Positions 39,383 through 50,591 of a stretch of DNA of 64,000 nt are shown one piece after another. The DNA is from Bacillota bacterium (GTDB lineage: Bacteria; Bacillota; JAAYKD01): assembly GCA_963666425.2 (NCBI GenBank), contig OY762825.2, positions 1,568,001-1,632,000 of the forward strand, given 5' to 3'. Position 1 is the stretch's first letter. Every line of letters starts with the position of its first letter. The notes beneath the pieces were generated by a model. The model was not told the origin of the DNA, searched no databases, and was given only the letters and a program-made list of their open reading frames with translations. A program made the translations under genes and the position numbers.

Positions 39383-41119
39383 TTACTTTACCAACAAAAC
39401 ATCCACTCGGTAGAGCAAAGACATCAGTTCTGCTCTGGTCAAGGCGCGATCCGGCTGCATGGTGCCGTCTGGATAGCCCTGCAGCAGACCGGCTTTCACA
39501 ACGCGAGCCAGGTCATTGTAAGCCCAATGGCTGCTGGATAGATCAGAGAATCTGGCCAAGACACTGGTGTCGACGTTACCGCTGCCGTCATCCAGGAAAC
39601 AGCGGTCGATGATTGCGGCAAATTGAGCCCGGGTGATGGAGTCATAAGTACCAAAGATGTAGGGTGCCTCGGTGGTCATGCCATACATCATATTATAGTA
39701 GACCAAGGTTTGCACATCGGTATAAGCCCAGTAATTGGTGGGCAGATCAATAAATTCTGTTACTGCCGTCTTATCCACCAGCGTTAAGCCGAGCATGCGT
39801 TTGATCGTGGCGGAAGCTTCCGCTCTCGTTATTTCTGCTTCAGGATAAAAACGGCTGCTCTTGGTCCAGGAAAGCCAACCAAGGTTTGCTCCATAGAGGA
39901 TGTCGTCTTTCGCCCAATAGCCGTTATATAAATCGGTGAAGGTGCGTCCGACGGGAGTCGGCGGCACGATTACCGGGCCTTTGCCGCCCAGAGCAGGCCA
40001 AAATGTCGGGTCTTCCTGACCCACTGCCCAGGCCGCATAACCAGCCAGATGATATTTTTGCATTAGTTTCATTTTGTTGGCATAGGATTCCAAACTCTCA
40101 TGGTAAATTGAATAATAACCGGGATCCAATTTCATACTCCAAACGAGTGAAACTTGTTTGCCAGCCGCTACTTTAAAGGAAGTCACATCACTTTTGGTAA
40201 TCGGATCGATGCGATGGACGACATTGCTGATCCCATCCGCCAAAATCCGCTTGATTTGCAGATGACCTAAGGCAACCCCATCACTGCCGCTTAAGCGCTC
40301 CTGTGTTTCCGTCGGCGCTGTGCCGGCGGTCAGCGGTCCGTCATACCAGATCCTACCGTAGAACGGAATCCCCATCAAGAGTTTGTTTGCCGGCACGCCT
40401 CGCTCCAGCAAGTCTTCGATACAGATCGTCACAGCGTCTTCTCCGGATACCGCAGCCCCCAGAGAATTCGCTTGGCGGCTATAGAGCATTAAGTCGTAGG
40501 ACATCAGCACAATATTGTCACAGATTTTGGCCAGTGCCGCCATATCATAACTGCCATGCCAACCGCCAGCCCAATGATAAGGGTTCGCGACGACGGAAAT
40601 GCTGAGGTGTTTGTTCGGTAATTTCGCACGCAGCAGACGCATAAAATCGGTCTGCAAATCCTTTTCATCCGGACCGACATTTTCAATATCATAATTCATG
40701 CCGTCCAAATTGTATTCCTGGATCGCCGCAGCAATCTCATTGGTCAGCTGTTCGCGATTGGCCAAGGCGATACATCCCAGTTGATAATTAAAACTATTGG
40801 ATAAATAAGGTACCACTTTGATGCCGCGATCGTGAAATTGCTTCACTATATCTTTATCGGCTGCCTCGTAAATTACCAGGTTGCCGTTCCAGTCCAAGCC
40901 AAACCAATCCGGCGAAACGTAGTTTAAAGCGCCATTCGCAGCATCCACTTCTGCTATCGGATCGGTAATATTATAGAGGAATCCCAAACGCACTGTTTCA
41001 TTGGTAAAGCTGATCGTATCGTATGCTTGGACAATCGGGAAAAAATTGACTGTTATAAGAACAACCAGAGTAGACCAGATTAGAGACTGCAGCAAATTTC
41101 TAGAAAATCGAATCAACAT
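39383..41119 (-). CDS. GH18 glycoside hydrolase with C-terminal SLH domains
   Basis: NLDGMNYDIE catalytic motif, LMSYD, MGIPFYG, WAVGQED; SLH motifs ITRAE, ITRAQF and GYPDGT...LTRAE. Confidence 0.88.
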   Translation of the reverse strand: MLIRFSRNLLQSLIWSTLVVLITVNFFPIVQAYDTISFTNETVRLGFLYNITDPIAEVDAANGALNYVSPDWFGLDWNGNLVIYEAADKDIVKQFHDRGIKVVPYLSNSFNYQLGCIALANREQLTNEIAAAIQEYNLDGMNYDIENVGPDEKDLQTDFMRLLRAKLPNKHLSISVVANPYHWAGGWHGSYDMAALAKICDNIVLMSYDLMLYSRQANSLGAAVSGEDAVTICIEDLLERGVPANKLLMGIPFYGRIWYDGPLTAGTAPTETQERLSGSDGVALGHLQIKRILADGISNVVHRIDPITKSDVTSFKVAAGKQVSLVWSMKLDPGYYSIYHESLESYANKMKLMQKYHLAGYAAWAVGQEDPTFWPALGGKGPVIVPPTPVGRTFTDLYNGYWAKDDILYGANLGWLSWTKSSRFYPEAEITRAEASATIKRMLGLTLVDKTAVTEFIDLPTNYWAYTDVQTLVYYNMMYGMTTEAPYIFGTYDSITRAQFAAIIDRCFLDDGSGNVDTSVLARFSDLSSSHWAYNDLARVVKAGLLQGYPDGTMQPDRALTRAELMSLLYRVDVLLVK

Positions 41120-41293
41120 ATCCCCTTCTTTCAAAAACTGAGCGGCATAAGCCCTATTGTGACAGAAAAACCAGAAATGTCAAATTACATTATAGATACA
41201 GGGTTACTTCTCTTAGACTCTCTGTTTCGACGAATTGTTCCCGACTAGAAAAGCGGTCACAAATCTGTGACCGCTCTGTTAGATCCTGCGCTA

Positions 41294-42976
41294 TTATCGG
41301 CCGGAAATATAAACGTACTTCAACCCAGGATTGGAAAAACATTGACTGGCATACCCATAAACGTAGTCTTTGAAAAATTGATTGACATGGGAAATCAGCA
41401 GCGGAGAGACAACACATTCCTTTTTCAGCAAAATGGTTTCTGCTTGTTTATATTGCTCCAATCGGGTCTCTTCTTTCATTTCCAGCGCGGCATTGTGCAA
41501 TAATTGATCGAACTCCGCGCTAGACCATCCGGTTTTTATGGCGTTTACCTCGGAAGTAAACAGGCTCAGCACATCGTAAGGATCATTATAAAAGGCGCTC
41601 CAAGCCATCAAGCCAACTTGATAATTGCCTTTTTCAATTTTACTTTGGAAGGTCCCCCATTCGCTGTAACTGATTTTCAGAGAGATTCCCAACGTCTCTT
41701 GGTAAGTCTGCTGCAAATAACTGCCCAGCGCATGATACCAATCAGAGGTTCCTGGTAAGGAGAATGTCACTTTTAAGGCAGCCGGATCCTCAGTCAAACC
41801 CAGTTCCTGCATGCCGATGATCAACAGATCTTCGGCGGTTATTTTATCCTCGGTCAGTTCGTTTTGTATTTTCTGAATCATGTTGCCTGCTGCCTGGCGA
41901 TAATTTGTTGTGCCGACTGAGATACCCGGTACGACCCAGCCGGTGGCGGCTTCACGCAATCCATCGAAACACATTTCATTGAATTCGTCTCGATCGATCG
42001 CCAGCGTAAAGGCTTTACGAATCTTGAGATTGGAAAACACGGGATCTGCCGTATTGAAAAAAGCATAGGTTAAAGCTGCGGCAGGATAGGAATTGCTTTT
42101 GCTGTCTGCCTGGGCCGTGAACCGATCAACTTGCTCGCGCTGATCTACTAAAATTGCATCCAGTTCTCCGTTTGCATAAGCCTGTTCCACTGCACTGACT
42201 TCCGGCAGAATCGCATAATTCACTTTGGTCAGAGACACCTTTGCCGCATCCCAATAATTCTCGTTCTTCACCAGCACCAAAGAACTGCCATGCGTCCAAC
42301 TTTCGATTCGAAAAGGACCATTGCAGAGCGTAAACTGCGCTTCTGTTCCATATTTTTCTGCATATTCCGTGATTTTATCCTGTCGCTGCGGATAATAGAC
42401 GGCCGCATCCAGGATGCTTAAAAAGGAAGGCATCGGCGCGCTCAGGGTAACCACAAGCGTTTTTGCATCGACAGCTTTCACACCAAGTTCACTGGCAGGC
42501 AATTTTCCTTCGCTGATGGCAGTATAGTTCTGAATCGGACTGAGAAAGGTCCGATTGGGTGACGCTGTCGCCGGATCGACGCTTCTTTGCAAAGAATAAA
42601 CATAATCTCCTGCCGTGACAGCAACTCCGTCTTGCCATTTGTTGTCTTTCAGATGGAAGGTCCAGACGCTGCCATCCTGATTCGATTCCAGGGCAGCCGC
42701 ATCGCCCGATGCGATGATGTATTTGCCATTCTGATCTTCCAGCCGCACCAACGCTTCCATGGTATTGCTCAAGATGGTTTCAGCGGCTGGATCGGACCAT
42801 TTACTGATATCCAGCGTCAGTGGATCGCTAGACAGGTAGGTATTGAAATATTGCTCGGCATCCTTCGCAGCCAGAGGATCCTCTTTTACCGCAGCAGCTG
42901 GGAACAGCAGGCTGCTGCAGGCTGTCAGAGCAAGACAAAGCAGCAGGGTCAAAAAGAACGCCAGCTTTTTTTTCAT
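41294..42976 (-). CDS. Oligopeptide ABC transporter substrate-binding lipoprotein (OppA-like)
   Basis: Lipobox LTAC; WTFHLKD.KWQDG..VTAGDYVYS; NGPF; KNENYWDA. Confidence 0.9.
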   Translation of the reverse strand: MKKKLAFFLTLLLCLALTACSSLLFPAAAVKEDPLAAKDAEQYFNTYLSSDPLTLDISKWSDPAAETILSNTMEALVRLEDQNGKYIIASGDAAALESNQDGSVWTFHLKDNKWQDGVAVTAGDYVYSLQRSVDPATASPNRTFLSPIQNYTAISEGKLPASELGVKAVDAKTLVVTLSAPMPSFLSILDAAVYYPQRQDKITEYAEKYGTEAQFTLCNGPFRIESWTHGSSLVLVKNENYWDAAKVSLTKVNYAILPEVSAVEQAYANGELDAILVDQREQVDRFTAQADSKSNSYPAAALTYAFFNTADPVFSNLKIRKAFTLAIDRDEFNEMCFDGLREAATGWVVPGISVGTTNYRQAAGNMIQKIQNELTEDKITAEDLLIIGMQELGLTEDPAALKVTFSLPGTSDWYHALGSYLQQTYQETLGISLKISYSEWGTFQSKIEKGNYQVGLMAWSAFYNDPYDVLSLFTSEVNAIKTGWSSAEFDQLLHNAALEMKEETRLEQYKQAETILLKKECVVSPLLISHVNQFFKDYVYGYASQCFSNPGLKYVYISGR

Positions 42977-43157
42977 CTCAACCGTCCTTTCCTGTCAATC
43001 GCCGTCACAAAAACACTTTAGTCAGAGCAATTCGCCTGCCAGAAAAAGCCAAACCAATTTGCTTTGCTTTCCATTCTATCAAAAGCAAATGAACAATCAA
43101 AGAACAGAGCTGCTTCCTTGCAGAAGCAGCTCCCTACCATGCAACCCTGCATTTTTA

Positions 43158-45206
43158 TTATTTCTGAATGGGTTGATTGTCGATATGTCCGTTAAACCAG
43201 TTGACCATATGATTGAGGCGGTCAATGCGCAGCATCGGTTTGCCGTTGCGGGAAAGGTCATGGTTGGCGCCGTCAAAACGGCATAAACGGACTTCCCGGC
43301 CCAGTTTCTTCAATTGCGCAAAGAACTGCTCGGCTTGTTCGATTGGGCAGCGGTAATCTTGTTCGCTGTGCAGCATCAAAAGGGGAGTCTGCACATTTTC
43401 CACATATTTCAGCGGGCTGAAATCCCATAATTCATTGACGCCGCCAAAGGGAGATACGCCCAGTTCACTCTCGGTAAAGGTATAACCGATATCGGAACAG
43501 CCGAAGAAACTCATCCAATTGGTGATTGAGCGTTGGGTTACCGCCGCTTTAAAGCGATTGGTATGTCCGACGATCCAGTTGGTCATGTAGCCGCCGTAAG
43601 AGCCGCCGGTCACAACCACTCTGTCTGCATCCAGCCAGTTCCATTTGGCTAAGGCTACATCCACACCGGTCAACAGGTCTTCATAGTCTTTGCGGCCATA
43701 ATTGTTGATGCAGGCATAAACAAATTCCTGGCTGTAGCCATGAGAGCCGCGCGGGTTGACATAGAGCACGGCATAGCCTTGCGCAGCTAAAACCTGGAAT
43801 TCATGGAAAAATCCGTAGCCATACATGGTATGCGGTCCGCCATGGATTTCCAGGACCAGCGGATATTGGTAGCCTTCTTTCCAACCAAGTGGTTTAATCA
43901 GCCAGCCCTGAATATCCCAGCCATCTGCCGCTTTGTACCAGAATTCTTCCGGTTCCACAATGGCAATTTCATCGGTGATATGCTGGTTCGTATGAGTTAG
44001 TTGTTTTTCTTCGCCGGTTTCCAGATTGAGGATGGAAACTTCGGTGATGTTCGGGGTGTCGCCCCAGCCGAGTGCTGCGAATTTCAGATCGGCACTGAGA
44101 CTGTAGGCGAAAACCTGACGGTTGCCTTTCGTAACCAAATTGACTTTTTTCGCTTTGGCATCATAGAAATACAGGCTGGTCGCGCCGTGGCAATGTGCTT
44201 GGAAATAAACGCCTTTGCCTTCGGGGGCAAAGACAAAGCCGGTTCCGCTGTTGCCCATGCGCATATCGCTGGCACCGGTATCGCCGAGCGGCAGATCGAA
44301 GTCTTCCGGTAATATTTTCTCCATCGGTTTGCTGCCGTCGGCAGGAGCGATATAAAGTTTGGTATGCGTCGCACCCTGGAATTTTCTGTCGCTGCCGGCG
44401 AAAGCCACTTCACAGCCGCAGGGAGTCCAGACGGGGTTGCCATAAGAACCGTCGCTATGAGTCAGCGCAGTCGGTTCGCCGCCTTCAGCGGCAACAACGA
44501 AGATATCATTTTTCCAATTTTCCAAGTCCGCATGTTCAGAATGGTTGGAAGCAAAGGCGATTTTACTGCCATCGGGTGACCAGGCAATGCCGTTGTTGTT
44601 ATAATTTCCCTTGGTGATCCGCAGCGGTTTGCTGTCTTCTTTGAGGTCGATCACCCAAATATGAGCAAATTTATCAGTGTCCAGGAAACCCATGCCGTTC
44701 ATTTTATAATGAATGCTGTCTAAAACGCGGGCTTTGTCCTTGAACTGATCTGCCTTGGCTTCCTTTTCTTTTTTTGTCAGCGCGGTCAGCATGATTTCAT
44801 CGCTATCGCTTTTGTCCATGCGAGCGATAAAAGCAATTTTGCTGCCATCGGGTGACCAAACAGGATTGGAAGCGCCGTAACGCATATGGGTCAGCTGACG
44901 GGCTTCGCCGCCACCGTTCTTCAATACCCAAATTTGGGCATCGCCGTTACGGTTAGCAACAAAAGCCACACTGCCGCCGCAGGGAGACCAGCGCGGGAAG
45001 GAATCGCTTTTGCCGTTGGTGAACGGTTCCGGCTTGCAGCAGCCGCAGCTGGAGACTTGCCACAAATTGGACTGATAGGTTTTGGTTTCGGCATCAATAA
45101 TCGTTTCAACGTAAATGATCTTTTTGCCATCCGGCGAAATCTGCGGATCTCCGGCCCATTTGATGTTTAAGAGATCCTCTGTTTTCATGGGGCGTTTGTC
45201 AGCCAT
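43158..45206 (-). CDS. S9 family peptidase (acylaminoacyl-peptidase-like)
   Basis: WSPDG propeller repeats; IHGGPH; GGSYGG; DYRCP; NHDLSR. Confidence 0.93.
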   Translation of the reverse strand: MADKRPMKTEDLLNIKWAGDPQISPDGKKIIYVETIIDAETKTYQSNLWQVSSCGCCKPEPFTNGKSDSFPRWSPCGGSVAFVANRNGDAQIWVLKNGGGEARQLTHMRYGASNPVWSPDGSKIAFIARMDKSDSDEIMLTALTKKEKEAKADQFKDKARVLDSIHYKMNGMGFLDTDKFAHIWVIDLKEDSKPLRITKGNYNNNGIAWSPDGSKIAFASNHSEHADLENWKNDIFVVAAEGGEPTALTHSDGSYGNPVWTPCGCEVAFAGSDRKFQGATHTKLYIAPADGSKPMEKILPEDFDLPLGDTGASDMRMGNSGTGFVFAPEGKGVYFQAHCHGATSLYFYDAKAKKVNLVTKGNRQVFAYSLSADLKFAALGWGDTPNITEVSILNLETGEEKQLTHTNQHITDEIAIVEPEEFWYKAADGWDIQGWLIKPLGWKEGYQYPLVLEIHGGPHTMYGYGFFHEFQVLAAQGYAVLYVNPRGSHGYSQEFVYACINNYGRKDYEDLLTGVDVALAKWNWLDADRVVVTGGSYGGYMTNWIVGHTNRFKAAVTQRSITNWMSFFGCSDIGYTFTESELGVSPFGGVNELWDFSPLKYVENVQTPLLMLHSEQDYRCPIEQAEQFFAQLKKLGREVRLCRFDGANHDLSRNGKPMLRIDRLNHMVNWFNGHIDNQPIQK

Positions 45207-45374
45207 GCTTTAAAACCTCCTGTAAATCGTTCTAGTTAAATAAAAAACCAAAGTAATATTTCGTTTTTGCCAGCCAATCTCCTTCTGCCGCAGAAAAATG
45301 TTTTCGTAGGCGAAAAATAAACCGCTCACAAAAAAGAGCAGCCCGCTGCCGGAAGGCAAGGCTGCTCTGTTGAT

Positions 45375-46769
45375 TTAAAGAGAAAGCAGTTTGATCAGGG
45401 CGTGCACGATGATCTCGGTTGCTTTTAGCATTTTTTCGATTTCCAGACATTCATCCGTATTGTGAATGCGATTTTCATCGCCAACAAACTCCGCACCGAA
45501 GGCGACACAATGGTCAAACCCTTTGGCATACGTGCCGCCGCCCATGGTGCCGGGTTGATTGACCGTATCACCGGTCACCTCGACATAAACTTCGGACAAC
45601 ACCCGCACCAGATCGCTGTTGGGATCAACAAACAAGGGTTTACCGATGCGAACGCCGCTTAGGGTGAAAGCATTGGCATTGAAACGTGCGGCAATGGTAT
45701 CCGCATGCGGAGTGAAATCCAGAATCGTCACCGGATAGCGAATATCAATGCTGGCTGTCACAGTATCGTCTTGGCTGGAGATCAAACCGACGTTGAAGGT
45801 CAGACGACCATATTGATCGCTGAGATCGACACCGGCTTTTTCGCCGTTAAAACCCAATCCGATACAGGCATTATAGCCGATGACAAAAGGAATTTCCTCT
45901 GTCACTTCTGCCAAGAACGCCATCATATGTGAAATGGAATTGACACCGAGCTGCGGCGTGGAAGCATGCGCCGCCGTGCCGACTAAGCGCAGAACCATGC
46001 CGGCAGGACTCTGGCTGACTTGACCGCCGAGACCGTTTTGCGCAAGATAAGCCATGAATTTCTCTTCAATCGCTTTGGCTTGTCCACCGCAGTCAAGCAG
46101 CGCGTCCACCGCAGGGCAGACCACGTTGCCGGCAGTCCCGCCTTGAATGGAGATCAATTTTACTTCGCCTTTTCCCAGTTTGCTGGCGCTGAAATTGGCA
46201 TGATAACCGCCTTTTTCACCAAAAGTGACCGGGAACGCCGCATCCGGCGTGAAACCGTAATCAAAACCGCCTTCAACCTCACGGTAATGTTTCACACACT
46301 GCATGCCGGATTCTTCATTGGCACCCATAATCACCCGCACGTTTTTATGGACGGGAATCCCCAATTCGCGCACGATCTTCATGGCATACAGGCTCATCAC
46401 GCAAGGCCCTTTATTGTCGCTGACCCCGCGTCCGTAAATAAAACCGTTTCCCCGATCGCCGCCCAAAGGATTTTTGGTCCAGCCTTCGCCGAGCGGTACG
46501 ATATCGACATGAGCCAGAATACCGATTTTCTGCTCGCCTTCTCCCATTTGGGCATAAGTGCAGTAATTATCCAGATTGACCGCAGTAAAACCAAGGGCTT
46601 CGGCAATTTCCTTTGACTTGACCAGCGCAGCAGCCGGACCTGCACCGAACGGTTTCCCTTCAACAGCCGCCGTTTTGACGCTGTCAATGGCTACCAGCGA
46701 AAAGATATCACGAATCATATCCTCTTGGTAAGCACGCACTTTTTCTTGGATCGCTTTGTTCAGTTCCAT
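45375..46769 (-). CDS. M20 family dipeptidase (PepV/Sapep-like)
   Basis: AHVDIVP, GRGVSDNKGP, NEESG, AHASTP, GGGTYA and IHNTDE motifs. Confidence 0.9.
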   Translation of the reverse strand: MELNKAIQEKVRAYQEDMIRDIFSLVAIDSVKTAAVEGKPFGAGPAAALVKSKEIAEALGFTAVNLDNYCTYAQMGEGEQKIGILAHVDIVPLGEGWTKNPLGGDRGNGFIYGRGVSDNKGPCVMSLYAMKIVRELGIPVHKNVRVIMGANEESGMQCVKHYREVEGGFDYGFTPDAAFPVTFGEKGGYHANFSASKLGKGEVKLISIQGGTAGNVVCPAVDALLDCGGQAKAIEEKFMAYLAQNGLGGQVSQSPAGMVLRLVGTAAHASTPQLGVNSISHMMAFLAEVTEEIPFVIGYNACIGLGFNGEKAGVDLSDQYGRLTFNVGLISSQDDTVTASIDIRYPVTILDFTPHADTIAARFNANAFTLSGVRIGKPLFVDPNSDLVRVLSEVYVEVTGDTVNQPGTMGGGTYAKGFDHCVAFGAEFVGDENRIHNTDECLEIEKMLKATEIIVHALIKLLSL

Positions 46770-46879
46770 CTAAAAACACCTCCATCCATTTCATCACAGA
46801 ATCAATGCTCTTATTATAACGCAGGAAAACAGGATTGTCCATGCAGCAGCGGTGGAAGCTCCGCTGTTTTTGCTGCATT

Positions 46880-47362
46880 TTATTTATGATAAGGCAGATT
46901 GTGCTGAATCGCAAAAGCGCGATAAAGCTGTTCTGTCAGGATCAAGCGGCAGAGTTGATGCGGAAAAGTCAATTCAGACAAACACCACTCGAGGTCGGCC
47001 GCCTGCAAAACATTTTTCCCTAAACCCAGAGAACCGCCGATCATAAAATTGATGGTAGAAAACCCTTTGACGCCCAGCTGCTGCAGAAGACCGGCTAATT
47101 GCGGTGAACTATAAGGCTTTCCCTGTAAACTGAGCGCAATGCTGTACTCCCCGGCGGAGATCCAGCGCAGAATACGCTCTCCTTCTTTTTCCCGCAGTCG
47201 GTCTTCCTCTTTGGCTGAAAGTGTTTCCGGCGCTTTCTCTTCCTCCAGCTCGATGATCTGCAGCTTGGCCATAGGGGTTAACCGCTTTTGATATTCTGCC
47301 AAACCTTGCCGCAGCCAGGCATCCTTGATTTTTCCGACCGCAATGATACGTAAGGTCTGCAT
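46880..47362 (-). CDS. rlmH: 23S rRNA (pseudouridine1915-N3)-methyltransferase
   Basis: IAVGKIK, IGGSLG and LTFPHQL..LILTEQLYRA...PYHK motifs; start moved to the ATG at 47362. Confidence 0.93.
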   Translation of the reverse strand: MQTLRIIAVGKIKDAWLRQGLAEYQKRLTPMAKLQIIELEEEKAPETLSAKEEDRLREKEGERILRWISAGEYSIALSLQGKPYSSPQLAGLLQQLGVKGFSTINFMIGGSLGLGKNVLQAADLEWCLSELTFPHQLCRLILTEQLYRAFAIQHNLPYHK

Positions 47363-47456
47363 CTGGTATGCCCTCCTTCCTTTGCCGAACGGCTGAAAAA
47401 AAGGTTGTCCCCGCTCGTCGGGCAACAACCTTCTGCTTTGATTGAGAGAATGCTTG

Positions 47457-48218
47457 TTAAGGCGCGGCTGCCACGATCCGCAGCTGCTGCAGATTGGCAT
47501 CGCTCCTGATCAGCATTTCCCGTACTGTTCTGACCGCCAGCTCCGGCCGATTATTGGTTCTGCTCAGATGCGCCAGGACCAAATCCTGCGTGCGCGAAGT
47601 TAAATTCTCCGCTAAAATCTCAGCGGTCTGCAGATTGGAGAGATGGCCTTGTTTGCCGGCGACCCGCTGTTTTAAATACCAGGGATACGGTCCGCTTTTT
47701 AACATTTCCAGGTCGTGATTCGCTTCTAAAACCACGTGGTCTGCCATTTTGATGGCTTGCGGCAGCCAGGCAGACGGCACACCCAAATCGGTGACAAATA
47801 ACAGACAATCACCGTTTTTGCCATAAACCAGATAACCAACCGATTCCACCCCGTCATGAGAAGTCGGCAGACTTTGCAGGGTCAGATCTCCGATGCTGAT
47901 CAGATCCTGGGTTGCCAGCTGGCGAAAAGGGTGCTGCTCCGCCAGGGGAATCTGCCGACACACCGCTTGCCAGGTAGCCGTATTGCTCACGAGCGGCAGC
48001 GTTTTGGGAAAGGTCACGGTCGACAAGGCGTGAATATGATCACTGTGTTCATGCGTCAAAAAGCAAGCGCTCAAATCTGCTAAGCCTATGCCAAAGGGCT
48101 GCATCCGTTTTGCCATGATTCGCGGTCCAATACCGGCATCGATCAGGATCGCGGTCGTATTTTCTACGATCAGACAGGCATTGCCCGTACTGCCGGATGC
48201 CAGGGGATAAAAGATCAT
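47457..48218 (-). CDS. yycJ: MBL-fold metallohydrolase YycJ/WalJ
   Basis: LASGSTGN, THEHSDH, EANHD and HLSRTNN motifs; wal operon context. Confidence 0.88.
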   Translation of the reverse strand: MIFYPLASGSTGNACLIVENTTAILIDAGIGPRIMAKRMQPFGIGLADLSACFLTHEHSDHIHALSTVTFPKTLPLVSNTATWQAVCRQIPLAEQHPFRQLATQDLISIGDLTLQSLPTSHDGVESVGYLVYGKNGDCLLFVTDLGVPSAWLPQAIKMADHVVLEANHDLEMLKSGPYPWYLKQRVAGKQGHLSNLQTAEILAENLTSRTQDLVLAHLSRTNNRPELAVRTVREMLIRSDANLQQLRIVAAAP

Positions 48219-48265
48219 GGCTGCACCTCCCTAAATGATCCTGACTGTGATTGACTTCGTTTCGT

Positions 48266-49582
48266 TTATTGCTGCGGAACACTCACTTGTGGTTCGGCAG
48301 GAATTTCCAGGCGTTGAATCTTCGCTCCGATGGTTTGCAGCCGTTCGGCGATGCGGTCATAGCCGCGGTCGATGTGTTCAACACCCGCGATCACCGTCGT
48401 CCCTTCTGCTGCCAAACCGGCGATAATCAAACAGGCGCCGGCACGCAGGTTCGCCGCCGTGACAGAGCTGCCACGATAACGCCGGACTCCCTGCACAATC
48501 GCAGTCTGACCGTCTACCTTGATATTGGCTCCCATTTGGTTCAATTCTTCCGCATGACCAAAACGGGCTTCATAAATGGTTTCATTAAAGACACTGCTGC
48601 CTTCTGCCATGCCAAAAAACGCCATCGCCGGTGCCTGCAAATCCGTAGGAAAACCAGGATGCGGCAGTGTCTTAATATTGACCGCCTTGGGACGCCCGGT
48701 CGCTTTGACCCGAATACTGTCCAACGTCGGCGTCACTTCCATACCGGATTCCCGCAATTTAGCGGTAACGGCCTCCAGATGCTCCGGTATGACATTGGTC
48801 AGCGTCACATCACCGCCGCTGGCCGCCGCAGCCAACATAAACGTACCCGCTTCAATGCGGTCCGGAATACAGCTGTAAGTACAGCTGCCGAAATGCTGCA
48901 CACCGGTCACCCGGATTGTTTCAGTGCCGGCACCTTTGACTTTGCCGCCCATGGCATTGATAAAGTTGGCAATATCAATCACTTCCGGTTCCAACGCGGC
49001 ATTCTCCATGATCGTGGTGCCGTCCGCCATGGAAGCCGCCAGCATCACATTGATGGTAGCGCCTACGGTAGACATATCAAAGAAAATATGGCCGCCCATC
49101 AAATGCTGCGAACTCAATTTGACTTGCCCATCTTCCAACAGACAGGTGGCGTTCAGCGCCTGAAATCCCTTCAGATGCTGATCAATCGGCCGGGAGCCAA
49201 TTTGACAGCCCCCCGGTAAAGCAACGCTGACTTTGCCTTTTTTAGCCAAGAGAGAACCTAAAAAGTAATAAGAAGCCCTTAATTTCACCGCCAAATGCTC
49301 AGGAGTCTGCCCGGAAAGGTGTTCCCCGGCAGCAATTCGCCATTCATATTGTCCCAAACGCGTCACCTTCATACCGATGGCTTTTAAAATCTCCAACATC
49401 ACATTCACATCACTGATTTCCGGTAAATTATCCAGAACCACTTCTTCATCGGTGAGTGCTGATGCAGCCAACAAGGCAACGGCAGAATTTTTGGCGCCGT
49501 TGATGCGTAGACAACCTTTTAGCGGATTTCCGCCCTCTACAACGATTCTTTCCATAGAAAAGATCACTTCCGTTTCTTTCAT
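48266..49582 (-). CDS. murA: UDP-N-acetylglucosamine 1-carboxyvinyltransferase
   Basis: GAKNS, LRASY, PGGCQIGSRP, PDRIEAGT, PGFPTDLQ and HIDRGY motifs; true start may be 49555. Confidence 0.95.
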   Translation of the reverse strand: MKETEVIFSMERIVVEGGNPLKGCLRINGAKNSAVALLAASALTDEEVVLDNLPEISDVNVMLEILKAIGMKVTRLGQYEWRIAAGEHLSGQTPEHLAVKLRASYYFLGSLLAKKGKVSVALPGGCQIGSRPIDQHLKGFQALNATCLLEDGQVKLSSQHLMGGHIFFDMSTVGATINVMLAASMADGTTIMENAALEPEVIDIANFINAMGGKVKGAGTETIRVTGVQHFGSCTYSCIPDRIEAGTFMLAAAASGGDVTLTNVIPEHLEAVTAKLRESGMEVTPTLDSIRVKATGRPKAVNIKTLPHPGFPTDLQAPAMAFFGMAEGSSVFNETIYEARFGHAEELNQMGANIKVDGQTAIVQGVRRYRGSSVTAANLRAGACLIIAGLAAEGTTVIAGVEHIDRGYDRIAERLQTIGAKIQRLEIPAEPQVSVPQQ

Positions 49583-49636
49583 TTTAGATAGACTGCCTGA
49601 ATTGCGGCGATTCAGCCGAAAACCGCGCGCTCTGCT

Positions 49637-50551
49637 TTAACGATAAAACAAGCGCTTCGCAGTAAAAGCGTCAAAATAGATTTCCCGATTATCCTGCAAT
49701 AAAACGCGCCAGACCGGCTGCGCCTGCCCGCTTTCTGCGGAAGAGAAATAGCTAAAATAACCAAATTCAATTTCTTTGATCACCAGCCAGTTTTCTCCTG
49801 CCGCCAAAGCCTGATCTCTTAAATGCTGGATGTACTCATCATCCGGCAGCCGCAGGAGAATATCGGCCGCGGTAGCCGTCCATTGCGAGGGAGAAGTTTC
49901 TCCGGTGATACGGTAAGGATTTAAGGTAAAACTTGCTACCTGGTTGCCGACGACTGTCATTTCCAACGTGACATCATAAAGCGCATTTCCCTCATAGCTG
50001 CGGCACCAAATAATCGTCTGACTGGTGTTCAGCTCCGTCGAGGCTATTTGTGTCTGCAAGTAGTAACCGGAGATATTATACCGCAGACGGTCATTCAAAA
50101 AATTCTTGGCTACCGAGCGGGCGAATTCATAAGAGATCAAAGGTGTATTTTCTTCGATTACCGCTGTGCTGTTGGTATAGGTCAACAGCCCGCTGGCACT
50201 CAGCACCGCCTGTTCCTGTCCTGCCGCAACCGTGTAATAGACCAAACCGTTTGGCATCGTACAGGCAGTCGTCTGGCTGTCCAGTCCGGAGAATAAATTC
50301 ACTACGTTTTGCTTCATCTCCGTGCCGGTGATCAAATGAAGGCTGCCGGTCTTGTGTACTTCATGGGGAATCGATTGCAAAAGCGTGATTTTCTCTTGCA
50401 GCAATTGATCGCGAATCGCAGCCAAGGCCGCATCGTCTCCCATCACTGTTTCCATCACACGGTAAGGACGCAAAAAGTTGAAGTAGCCCAAAACGGTATT
50501 CAGCAGAATGAAAATAACAATCAGCACTGATTTCGCACGTGACCAATTCAA
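49637..50551 (-). CDS. yycI: YycI-like WalK regulatory protein
   Basis: N-terminal NWSRAKSVLIVIFILLN; C-terminal GY...PVW; operon position. Confidence 0.8.
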   Translation of the reverse strand: MNWSRAKSVLIVIFILLNTVLGYFNFLRPYRVMETVMGDDAALAAIRDQLLQEKITLLQSIPHEVHKTGSLHLITGTEMKQNVVNLFSGLDSQTTACTMPNGLVYYTVAAGQEQAVLSASGLLTYTNSTAVIEENTPLISYEFARSVAKNFLNDRLRYNISGYYLQTQIASTELNTSQTIIWCRSYEGNALYDVTLEMTVVGNQVASFTLNPYRITGETSPSQWTATAADILLRLPDDEYIQHLRDQALAAGENWLVIKEIEFGYFSYFSSAESGQAQPVWRVLLQDNREIYFDAFTAKRLFYR

Positions 50552-50591
50552 ACTTTTTCCCTCCTCGCCTGCAAAACTGCAGATATTTTGC

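Noticed and set aside
38955-39612. Short repetitive ORFs (77, 108 and 137 aa)
   Set aside because: By-products of the 95-96 bp repeat; the frame shifts between units
46860-46900. SCC-like island at the rlmH (orfX) 3' end
   Set aside because: A housekeeping dipeptidase follows directly; no recombinase or duplicated att sequence seen
48251-49219. 322-aa plus-strand ORF
   Set aside because: Antisense shadow of murA
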